Below are positions 51,542 to 59,978 of a DNA stretch of 64,000 nucleotides, piece by piece (the stretch's first letter is position 1; each line of letters opens with the position of its first letter). Location of the stretch: IMG/VR virus record IMGVR_UViG_3300042691_032761; one strand, written 5' to 3'. Both the position numbers and the translations under genes were made by a program. The notes beneath the pieces are model-generated. The model did not search any database. It worked only from the letters and a program-made list of their open reading frames with translations, and had not been told where the DNA came from. The DNA comes from a virus.

Positions 51542-52383
51542 ATGATATTTAATTTTTCGTTTCTTAATCCCCAATTCTCATCATTTGCTGCAAAATTTGA
51601 ACATCTCATATTTGCATTCATAAATTGAACATCATAATGGTCATGATGATTTAGATGAAAAAATACTATCCCTATGTCTTCTAAATCTCCAGCCAAAGTA
51701 TATATTCTGGATAATCTATCATTGAATTCTATATCTTGAACGCCCCAATATGGAAGTTCTTCCCACCATCCCGTGCTTGATATTGCCATATCTTTGTGGA
51801 TTAGGAGAGCCATGGCCCTTCCATCAAATCCATTAAGAAATATCTTATCGTGTTTGATAGATAAAAGATTTATATTATCAAAATATGGTATTAAATTTTT
51901 ATATGAATCAGCATCGTTCCATATTTCTCTTGGAACATGATATCTTGAACCCCAATAATACTGATTGTATATTTTTTGATTATTTAGTTCTTTAACAAAA
52001 TTATATAGTCTTTCTAAATCTTCATATCTAATCCAACAGTCAGAATCCCAATATATTACATATTCGCCCGAACTATGTCTAAATGCTACATTATATGCAT
52101 GGCTTATAGAATAGTTGGCTTTTTTACTATATTTTTTGCCAGTTTCATGATCAACATATACGCACTTAAAAAAAGATGGTTTATCTTCTAATAAATGATC
52201 CACTATTTTTTTATCAGATCCCCAATCGCATAGAACAATTTCTATATCATTTTTATTTAACTTTTTTACGTTAGATACCAATTGATTTAGTGTTAGTCTT
52301 AACCTTTGATCTACTCCACCGTTGCCGGATGTGTCTGAGCCATACTTATCATTTTTCCCTTGTATTAATATTGACAAAAGCAT
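51538..52383 (-). CDS. Glycosyltransferase, GT-A fold (GT2/GT7-like)
   Basis: CDWGS, WDSD (DxD) and WGVQDIEF motifs. Confidence 0.75.
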   Translation of the reverse strand: MLLSILIQGKNDKYGSDTSGNGGVDQRLRLTLNQLVSNVKKLNKNDIEIVLCDWGSDKKIVDHLLEDKPSFFKCVYVDHETGKKYSKKANYSISHAYNVAFRHSSGEYVIYWDSDCWIRYEDLERLYNFVKELNNQKIYNQYYWGSRYHVPREIWNDADSYKNLIPYFDNINLLSIKHDKIFLNGFDGRAMALLIHKDMAISSTGWWEELPYWGVQDIEFNDRLSRIYTLAGDLEDIGIVFFHLNHHDHYDVQFMNANMRCSNFAANDENWGLRNEKLNII

Positions 52384-53405
52384 TATACTAGTTCCTTAAT
52401 AAATTTTGCCCACAATATTGTATTTTTAATACCATTATTTATATTTTCTTCATTAATTTTGCCAAACTCTTTTTCATATTTATCTATACTAACAGAAACA
52501 ACTGCTGGATTTCCTTCTATTGGTTGAGATCCATATGTTATTTCGCATGAGAGATCATCTGATATGATATTAGCTATATCTTTGATAGATATTTTGGTTG
52601 TTCCAGTAAGATTATATATTATGTCTGATCCATTTAAAGTAATCTCGCAAATCATTTCTATGAGATTTTTTATATAGCATAAGGTTCTAATTGATTCTCC
52701 ATTATCTAACAGATCAATTTTACCAAATTTCAATCCTTTATTTATTAAAGAGCTTATAACTCTAGTATCGTCCGCTTTAACTCCTGGACCATATGTTGTA
52801 CTAATTCTTCCAATCTTAATATTATATTGATCCATCATACTAAGACATATTGTTTCTCCGCATTTCTTTGATTCTATATAACAGGCTCTAGGATGAGTAG
52901 GCGTAGTGGTTCCTATTTCTTCTTCTTTGACAAGACACCTATTTAGTCCACTATATATTTCGCTACTACTAGCATAAAAAAATGTTCCATTTTTATTTAA
53001 AAGTCTGAATAGATTCATAGTACATGTTGTGTTTAATTTTATTGTAGATATTTTATCTTTGGTAAATCTATTAGGCTGAGCGTATCCTGCTGTATGAAAA
53101 ATTATATCAGCACCAAATGACCTATCAGCAAAATAATTTTCTATTTTTGATACAGACTGCTCTAGGGTCAGGTCTCCAATAAAAACTGTACAATCTTTAA
53201 ATAAAGCTTCTGTATATTTTTCTGGCTTTGAATTTACAGAACACACTATATCAATAGTATAGAATTTTTTTAAATAAACTAGAAAGGCTAATAAATTGAG
53301 ACCAATTAGTCCATTAGCTCCTGTTATTAACACAGTTTTATTATTGAATTTTTTAAATTTTGTATGGTCTATAGTTTTATATTGATCAGATATTAGGTTA
53401 AGCAT
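52383..53405 (-). CDS. NAD-dependent epimerase/dehydratase, UDP-glucuronate decarboxylase-like
   Basis: TGANGLIG, ASSSEIY and RACYIESK motifs. Confidence 0.85.
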   Translation of the reverse strand: MLNLISDQYKTIDHTKFKKFNNKTVLITGANGLIGLNLLAFLVYLKKFYTIDIVCSVNSKPEKYTEALFKDCTVFIGDLTLEQSVSKIENYFADRSFGADIIFHTAGYAQPNRFTKDKISTIKLNTTCTMNLFRLLNKNGTFFYASSSEIYSGLNRCLVKEEEIGTTTPTHPRACYIESKKCGETICLSMMDQYNIKIGRISTTYGPGVKADDTRVISSLINKGLKFGKIDLLDNGESIRTLCYIKNLIEMICEITLNGSDIIYNLTGTTKISIKDIANIISDDLSCEITYGSQPIEGNPAVVSVSIDKYEKEFGKINEENINNGIKNTILWAKFIKELV

Positions 53406-54268
53406 GAAAGTATTCTTTTTCTAATGGATTGAGAGTCTAATCCTAAAGAGACATCGTGGTCTAATTTTGAACCATAATTATATAAAAATTTTCTTGGTAT
53501 TCCAATATTTGTTATCGAACATTTGTTTTGAGATAAACTATTTGATATCAGATAGTTTGTCGTTCCCTGATAGAACGGCTCGCATATAATAACATTTTCA
53601 TTAAAATTGTCAACAAGAGTTTTGCTGTCAAATGGATATATCGTTGTATAATATAAAATAGTTACATCAATATCTGATACAGCGTCCATAACAGATTGCA
53701 GCATTGGTCCGTAGCATATTATGGTTGCTTTGTTTCCAGTTTTTATAACATTTGCTTTTGAACATTCGATATTAAAAGAAACATTGTTTTCTGTTTCACT
53801 TAGTCTAAAATATTTTGGATAGTTATTTTTATATTGTGTTGATATTAATGAATGTAGTTCTTCTGATGATCCAGGGATAAAGACATGCATATTTTCTATA
53901 GTTAACAAAAGAGATACATCGCCAGGACAATGGTGGGTACAGCCTAATCCGGCATAATCATAAGACGATCCTACGCTTATGAAATTTCCGTTCAATTGTT
54001 GATATCCAAAATCAATTTTTATTTGTTCAAATCCTCTCTCTACCATGAACGGCGCTATTGTATGAATAAAAGGAATAATACCCTGTTTACTTAATCCTGC
54101 AGCAAGACTAATTGTTGATTGTTCTAGTATCCCAATATTATATACTCTGTTTGATAGTTTTTCTATTTCATCTCTAAAACCATATACTCCTATATCTCCA
54201 AGCAACAAAGAAGTAGAATTATCGCTATGTAAAATATTTTTTAGCGTTTTAGTAAACTGATGTCTCAT
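53393..54268 (-). CDS. Transketolase, C-terminal subunit
   Basis: NIGILEQ, GCTHH and YFRL motifs. Confidence 0.88.
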   Translation of the reverse strand: MRHQFTKTLKNILHSDNSTSLLLGDIGVYGFRDEIEKLSNRVYNIGILEQSTISLAAGLSKQGIIPFIHTIAPFMVERGFEQIKIDFGYQQLNGNFISVGSSYDYAGLGCTHHCPGDVSLLLTIENMHVFIPGSSEELHSLISTQYKNNYPKYFRLSETENNVSFNIECSKANVIKTGNKATIICYGPMLQSVMDAVSDIDVTILYYTTIYPFDSKTLVDNFNENVIICEPFYQGTTNYLISNSLSQNKCSITNIGIPRKFLYNYGSKLDHDVSLGLDSQSIRKRILSCLT

Positions 54269-54816
54269 AGCCTATATACCCAACTATTATCACAAAATGT
54301 TTTATCTGGCTCTTTATTAAGTATATCAATAACTGCTTTTTTTACTGAGGGCCAATCATAGTCGTGTCCTGATAAAAAACCACCATCTTTAATTTTTGGA
54401 ATCCATATTGATATATCTTCTTTAACTGATGAATATTGATGATTACCATCTATATATATAAAATCTATAGACTTGTTGTTTATATATTTTACATATTCAT
54501 TACTCTGCATTTTGTTTTTATTGATATTAGGATATTTGGTTTTTATTTTATCAAATATTATTTCAGCTTCTTTTAATTCTAATTCCTGAGCATCTAAATT
54601 ATAGGATGAACAATCTTCAACATATTTTGCCCAAGGGTCTACACAATTTATTTGACTTGTAATAAATTTATTAGCAATAATTTCAGTGCTGGCGCCACAA
54701 TAGGATCCTATTTCAATAATTTTTAAATTATCTCCTATGATAGAATGAACATATTCACATAAATGATTTAATCCTAATGCTGACTGTTCATGTCTCATAT
54801 TGTGTGTTAATGTCAT
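54265..54816 (-). CDS. Class I SAM methyltransferase (Methyltransf_24-like)
   Basis: EIGSYCGAS, IYIDGNH and GHDY motifs. Confidence 0.85.
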   Translation of the reverse strand: MTLTHNMRHEQSALGLNHLCEYVHSIIGDNLKIIEIGSYCGASTEIIANKFITSQINCVDPWAKYVEDCSSYNLDAQELELKEAEIIFDKIKTKYPNINKNKMQSNEYVKYINNKSIDFIYIDGNHQYSSVKEDISIWIPKIKDGGFLSGHDYDWPSVKKAVIDILNKEPDKTFCDNSWVYRL

Positions 54817-55589
54817 TTAAGTATTTCCTTTATTATTTCTTTATGGTTTATTTCATTCGGTATTTTATGATGCCATTCTGGATTATTTTCCATTATTGGT
54901 ATTCCATATCCTTTTATAGTATTTGCTAATATAAATGTAGGTTTCTGATTATTTTCTTCTTTCAAAATATTTTTAAATATATAGGTAATATCATACATAT
55001 CGTGTCCATTCATACTATATGTATTCCATCCAAAACTATCAAACTTGTCTATATATGAGTCCATTACCAAGGCTCTGTCTGTTGAATGATTATGATCTAG
55101 TATGCAAAAAAAGTTATTTAACTTATGCTGAGATGCTAATAGTGCCGTTTCCCATATAGTACCTTCATTAGATTCTCCATCTCCTATTAAGCAAAATACT
55201 TTTCCTGACTGTTGCTTTATTTTTTGGGAGATAGCGACTCCTGCTGCAATAGGCATTCCGTGACCTAAAGATCCTGTTGATGCTTCAACTCCGGGTATTT
55301 TAGATGTAGGATGACCACCCAATAAAGAATCATATTTACAAAATGTATATAAAATATCATCAGATATAAATCCAAATTCATTTAATATGACATATAATCC
55401 TATTGCGGCATGGCCTTTTGACAAGAAAAATTTATTATCAGAATTAATAATCTCACTATATAAATAGTATAATATATCTAATATAGATAGTGAGCTTGGA
55501 ATATGACCTTCTTTTGATAGATATGCAAGATCAATTATTTTTGATACTAATTTTTTGCGTATATTAGGATAGTCTATTAAATTTAACAT
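54813..55589 (-). CDS. Transketolase, N-terminal TPP-binding subunit
   Basis: LSKGH, STGSLGHG and GDGESNEG...N motifs. Confidence 0.9.
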   Translation of the reverse strand: MLNLIDYPNIRKKLVSKIIDLAYLSKEGHIPSSLSILDILYYLYSEIINSDNKFFLSKGHAAIGLYVILNEFGFISDDILYTFCKYDSLLGGHPTSKIPGVEASTGSLGHGMPIAAGVAISQKIKQQSGKVFCLIGDGESNEGTIWETALLASQHKLNNFFCILDHNHSTDRALVMDSYIDKFDSFGWNTYSMNGHDMYDITYIFKNILKEENNQKPTFILANTIKGYGIPIMENNPEWHHKIPNEINHKEIIKEILK

Positions 55590-56737
55590 GAGTATTCATT
55601 TATAATATAACTTATTTTTACAATGTCTTCATTGGATAATTCTGGATTGTTAGGAACATATAAGCCATATTCATGTATTATATCAGCAAAAGAGTATTCT
55701 TGTTTGCCATACCTGTCATAAAAATATGGCTGTTTAGCTATATTGCCACAAACCAATGGTCTACACTCAATATTATTTTCTTGTAATTTTAAAGATACCA
55801 TCTTTTTATTTGGATGTATCACTGGATATGCAAAATTACTTATAAAATTTGAGAATTGTATCTTCCAATAGTTGTTGTTTATCAATTTATCATACATCAA
55901 TAAATTATTATATCTAATGATATTTTTTTTGTCTAATGTTTTTAATTGCTCTATTCCTAGAAATGCTTGTAAGTCTGTTGATCTTATATTAAATCCAGGA
56001 TAATAAAATGTATATAGATTATTAAATTCATCAATATCATATTTACTTTTAAGTTCGTCCTGAGTTTCTATAGATAAATCACGCGACCATCCATGAGATC
56101 TTATGGACTTTAAAATTTCATACAACTTAAAATTATTTGTAGAAATTAAACCACCTTCTATCGTAGAAAAATGATGTCCAAAATATGTGGAGAATGATGA
56201 CATATCTCCAAAGGTTCCTAGTTTTTTAGATTCATAATATGATCCAACGCTTTCGCACGTATCTTCTAGAAGCATAATTCCATATTTATTGCATATATCA
56301 ACTATATTCTGCATATCATTTGGAAAACCAAGAATATGAGCTAGTATAAGAATGCTTGGATTATATTTTTTGCATAAATCTTCCAACATATTTGTATCCA
56401 GGCCAAGATCATTTTTACTAGCATCACATAATTTAATATCAAAACCTAATTGAATAAATGGACTAACAGTAGTTGCCCAAGATAAACAAGGAGCTATAAC
56501 TATATCATTCTTTAATATTCCAGATAATTTTGCAGAGTAGGCCATTGCTAAATTAGCAGACGATCCAGAATTAACAAAAACAGAATATTTGCAACCAAGC
56601 CAATCTGACCATTTTGATTCAAAAGTTTCTGTATGTTCGCCTTTTGTTAGCTTTGGATATGTTTTAAGCCATGCACAAAGATTATCAATTTCTTGGTGAC
56701 TTATTGTATTGTTGACTAATTTAATTCTATTGTTCAT
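55583..56737 (-). CDS. colD: PLP-dependent DegT-family enzyme, ColD-like 3-dehydratase
   Basis: NSGSSAN, EDTCES, YFGHHFSTIEGG (His at the usual Lys position) and RSHGW. Confidence 0.7.
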   Translation of the reverse strand: MNNRIKLVNNTISHQEIDNLCAWLKTYPKLTKGEHTETFESKWSDWLGCKYSVFVNSGSSANLAMAYSAKLSGILKNDIVIAPCLSWATTVSPFIQLGFDIKLCDASKNDLGLDTNMLEDLCKKYNPSILILAHILGFPNDMQNIVDICNKYGIMLLEDTCESVGSYYESKKLGTFGDMSSFSTYFGHHFSTIEGGLISTNNFKLYEILKSIRSHGWSRDLSIETQDELKSKYDIDEFNNLYTFYYPGFNIRSTDLQAFLGIEQLKTLDKKNIIRYNNLLMYDKLINNNYWKIQFSNFISNFAYPVIHPNKKMVSLKLQENNIECRPLVCGNIAKQPYFYDRYGKQEYSFADIIHEYGLYVPNNPELSNEDIVKISYIINEYSC

Positions 56738-57438
56738 AGTGCGTCATCAGATGTGTATGGGCTGCGATGGTTCATATTATGAAAATTTGGATCTTGTACC
56801 CATGTTCCATTTTCAGCTCCTATATTTTGTATTCTAGAAATTAAAGGAGTAATTTGATAAAGATTATTTGGAATAAACACATTATCATTTAAGTAACTAT
56901 CCCATGAAATAGATTTATTCTCTCTGTTCATGGTAGGTATCCAATTATTCAATAGTATATCGCTTTTGTGTTTCCAAAATCCACAACCCCAGCAAGTAAA
57001 ACCGCATCGTTTTGCTGTTTGATTTAATAATGTTTTATCTAATTCAGTTGTTCTTGTGTATCCTCCTATACAATACACTGTTTCATCATCTTTATATCTT
57101 ATAAGGTTGTCAATAAAAAAATTGATAGCATCTTTTGTTGGAACAGTATCGTCTTCTAAATGAATTATGGCGTCATACTCTTGAAGACCCATTGATATGG
57201 CAAGTTTAGTATTTTTATTACATCCAATGCTGGGCTTGTTGATAATTATGCTTATATCTGCCCAATTTATATTTCTTATATAGTTTGGTATATTGTCATC
57301 ATAATGGTCTACACAAAAAAAAATAGGCAAAGAAGTATTGCAATATTCAAAACTTCTCCTCAAGCCATCTAATACCTGTTGTAAATAATCTAGCCTTTTA
57401 TAACAAGTAAAAGTAATTGCTACATTAAGATTACTCAT
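56734..57438 (-). CDS. Glycosyltransferase, GT-A fold
   Basis: HLEDD, CWG..W, SWD and SRIQNIG motifs. Confidence 0.75.
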   Translation of the reverse strand: MSNLNVAITFTCYKRLDYLQQVLDGLRRSFEYCNTSLPIFFCVDHYDDNIPNYIRNINWADISIIINKPSIGCNKNTKLAISMGLQEYDAIIHLEDDTVPTKDAINFFIDNLIRYKDDETVYCIGGYTRTTELDKTLLNQTAKRCGFTCWGCGFWKHKSDILLNNWIPTMNRENKSISWDSYLNDNVFIPNNLYQITPLISRIQNIGAENGTWVQDPNFHNMNHRSPYTSDDAL

Positions 57439-57907
57439 TTGAGATGCTTTCTACTACTACTTTTTCTCTATTTTTGAAATATTTATCTCCATATGTTACA
57501 AAAATTTCTTTTCCTTCTTTTATATGTCTGTTGGCAACAATATCTACATAAAAATTTTTATGATTAAATTTCATATGGGCATTATTATCGTCTTGATGGT
57601 TATATATCATACCATGTCCTAAAACCATGTAGAACACGAATCCGTGGTTTTTACACTCTGAGCAATCACACACTGGCTTTGTATAACAATATCTCCATAT
57701 AGAAGGATCTGAATGGTATTTAGATCTATATTCAAAAGGGACCAGTGGACACCTTTCTATTAGTTCTCCTTCTTCTATGTCTTTTGTGGCAAATACTCCT
57801 CTGCCTCCAACAGAAGAATGTCCAAATCTAATTTTATATTCAGAAACAAAATCAAACTCTTTGGAAACATTTGTGTCTCCATTTATTGTTATTATTTTAT
57901 CAGTCAT
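57431..57907 (-). CDS. SET-domain methyltransferase
   Basis: GRGVFATKDI, YNH and IKEGKEIFVTYG motifs. Confidence 0.88.
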   Translation of the reverse strand: MTDKIITINGDTNVSKEFDFVSEYKIRFGHSSVGGRGVFATKDIEEGELIERCPLVPFEYRSKYHSDPSIWRYCYTKPVCDCSECKNHGFVFYMVLGHGMIYNHQDDNNAHMKFNHKNFYVDIVANRHIKEGKEIFVTYGDKYFKNREKVVVESISNE

Positions 57908-58451
57908 GATTAAAGAAATACCACCTATTAAAAGTTTTGATTGTACATTGACCGTTTACTTCAATAAGATAATTTTTAATGTCATTCCAAGAAGAAAAAA
58001 TCATTTCATGTGGAATTGTTCCAAATAACCAATCTGGTGCAGATTGTTTTCCTTGAACCATATGAACTATAATAGGTTTCTTCTGTCTATTTGCCCAAAA
58101 AATTTCTTCATACGTTCCACATGGATGGATTTCTAAATCTAGATTAACTATTAAAAAATCACTTATATCTACTAGCCTTAAGTCAACAGATCTTATTGTT
58201 TTCATTAACGAAGATAAAACATCATATTTTTGTTCTGCTTTTAGTTGAATTTTTAACTTGTGGGTATCGCTATCTTCTTTTCCAATAGTTGTGGGTTTTT
58301 TTATTGGATTGAATACGATAATGCCCAATTCTTCTAAAAATGGTGTGATATTATCTCTCCATCCATTTCCTCTGTCGGCAACTCTATCCATAGCACCAGC
58401 TAAATAGACCCTTTGATTATTAAGTCTACTTGTTGGCTTGATGTAGTCCAT
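57900..58451 (-). CDS. Nucleoside 2-deoxyribosyltransferase-like protein
   Basis: VYLAGAM, WR, DL..VD.SD and GTYEE motifs. Confidence 0.75.
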   Translation of the reverse strand: MDYIKPTSRLNNQRVYLAGAMDRVADRGNGWRDNITPFLEELGIIVFNPIKKPTTIGKEDSDTHKLKIQLKAEQKYDVLSSLMKTIRSVDLRLVDISDFLIVNLDLEIHPCGTYEEIFWANRQKKPIIVHMVQGKQSAPDWLFGTIPHEMIFSSWNDIKNYLIEVNGQCTIKTFNRWYFFNHD

Positions 58452-58512
58452 GAATAACTCCTAATATAATCATGACAGAAAAGATAAAATATAGTCTGGT
58501 ATCAATATTCAT
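58426..58512 (-). CDS. Putative 28-aa single-TM peptide
   Basis: MNIDTRLYFIFSVMIILGVIHGLHQANK*; ATGA overlap with the upstream stop; fills the intergenic gap. Confidence 0.4.
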   Translation of the reverse strand: MNIDTRLYFIFSVMIILGVIHGLHQANK

Positions 58513-58784
58513 GGATTTGATAAAGTATAAATGAATCCATTTTTATTTGCAGGATTTGTTACTTCAATGGTAACTATATTTTTTATTGAAGACAAATCCG
58601 CTATTACAGCCTCCACAGCACCAACAGTTGCATGACTATGCTGTTTCATAATGTCAGACATTTTATTGAAATCTTCCATATGACTTCTAACACTAGATTC
58701 TTGATCAGCGGATGATATTGTCACAATCCTAAAGTTCATTGTTGGTAATGCAAAATTAGTTATTATTTCTTTTTTTAATATCAT
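58509..58784 (-). CDS. Hypothetical protein
   Basis: Co-oriented ORF. Confidence 0.55.
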   Translation of the reverse strand: MILKKEIITNFALPTMNFRIVTISSADQESSVRSHMEDFNKMSDIMKQHSHATVGAVEAVIADLSSIKNIVTIEVTNPANKNGFIYTLSNP

Positions 58785-58789
58785 GTTAT

Positions 58790-59329
58790 TTACTTAATAT
58801 AAATGAAGGTTTTGTATTTTTTCCATGTGTCCACAATGAGTTCTTGTATAAAAGTCCAATCTCCACCAGAAAGGCCAGAGCCAAATTTAGGTGCGTGAAT
58901 TTCTAATGTACTAGATTCTAAATTATTCACTAACGAATAGCAGTAATTTCTAACATCTGTCATGCAAAAAGCCAGTGCAGCATAATTAAGAGGTCTAGGA
59001 TTTTTTGTGTTTATGGTCCCATCTTGGGCAATCATATTTGCTATGATTAATTTATAGCCATAAGTTTGATTCTTTTCAACTTCTATATATTGCACTTTGC
59101 CAAGTTTAGCTGAGTTCCCTAAAAGGTGAAAATTCTCTTTTACCATAGGATATCTTTCTGATAAATCTTTGGTAAATCCACCACCAAAAATATTAATGTT
59201 GTTGCAAACGTGCGGGATTATAACATGACATCCTATCTTTCCAGCATTAATTCTATTTAAAGTATTTTGAAAAATATCCATCTTTAACAGAGGAAACTTG
59301 TTCTCGTTATTTCTATTTTTTAATCTCAT
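58790..59329 (-). CDS. Macrodomain protein (ADP-ribose processing)
   Basis: HVCNN..FGGGF, IANMIAQ and PKFGSGLSGGDW motifs. Confidence 0.8.
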   Translation of the reverse strand: MRLKNRNNENKFPLLKMDIFQNTLNRINAGKIGCHVIIPHVCNNINIFGGGFTKDLSERYPMVKENFHLLGNSAKLGKVQYIEVEKNQTYGYKLIIANMIAQDGTINTKNPRPLNYAALAFCMTDVRNYCYSLVNNLESSTLEIHAPKFGSGLSGGDWTFIQELIVDTWKKYKTFIYIK

Positions 59330-59577
59330 GTTATTTTTTTCCATTTTTTCATTGGACATTCTTGATCTGCCCATGCCAATTTATTCATAAAAATTTTTTT
59401 AGTTGACAAGTTACATCCACACACCAAACATTGACTATTTTTTGCATCAAACATTTCGCAATTAAGGCATATTTCATATCTTTGTTTTATTTGCTCTAAT
59501 GTGGATTTTGGAAATCCAGACCATATATGCCAAAATAAAGATTTAAAAAATGTTCGTATTTTCTTTAGATTTATCAT
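59326..59577 (-). CDS. DUF6171-like Cys-motif protein
   Basis: RYEICLNC...CLVCGC...NKLAWADQECPMKKW. Confidence 0.65.
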   Translation of the reverse strand: MINLKKIRTFFKSLFWHIWSGFPKSTLEQIKQRYEICLNCEMFDAKNSQCLVCGCNLSTKKIFMNKLAWADQECPMKKWKKIT

Positions 59578-59791
59578 CTGAGGTTTTTATTTTGATAATA
59601 TTATTGTTTTTGTCTAACATAAAGAGATCTATAAACTCACACATACAATTAGCATCAAACCATTTGCACATTCCATCATTCAAATTAATGGCTTTCCTTG
59701 CTCCATTATTTTTAAAATCAGAAGTCAATACAAAAGATTGGTCCTTAACAACAAAAGCATCTCCAGAATTTAATTCCTCAACGTATTTCAT
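59543..59791 (-). CDS. Small hypothetical protein
   Basis: Coupled ORF. Confidence 0.55.
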   Translation of the reverse strand: MKYVEELNSGDAFVVKDQSFVLTSDFKNNGARKAINLNDGMCKWFDANCMCEFIDLFMLDKNNNIIKIKTSDDKSKENTNIF

Positions 59792-59975
59792 TCTCCCACT
59801 CTTCCCAAAGTTCTTCTTGTTCCATTTCTTCTATTCTGGATCTGTATTCTTTTTTGATCTTCTTAACATCTCTGTAAGATTGATCAAAGTCTTTGTCGGT
59901 CTTTTTTTTATTAGTCAATTTCTCTCTGCGAGAAGTTTTTCTATCATCAAAATCGTTATTATTATGCATCTTCAT
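59778..59975 (-). CDS. Small highly charged protein
   Basis: Lys/Glu/Asp-rich; lies downstream of a consensus promoter. Confidence 0.55.
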   Translation of the reverse strand: MKMHNNNDFDDRKTSRREKLTNKKKTDKDFDQSYRDVKKIKKEYRSRIEEMEQEELWEEWENEIR

Positions 59976-59978
59976 TCA

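Noticed and set aside
55583-56737. Perosamine synthase-type aminotransferase
   Set aside because: The catalytic Lys position is His (GHH), which fits a dehydratase.
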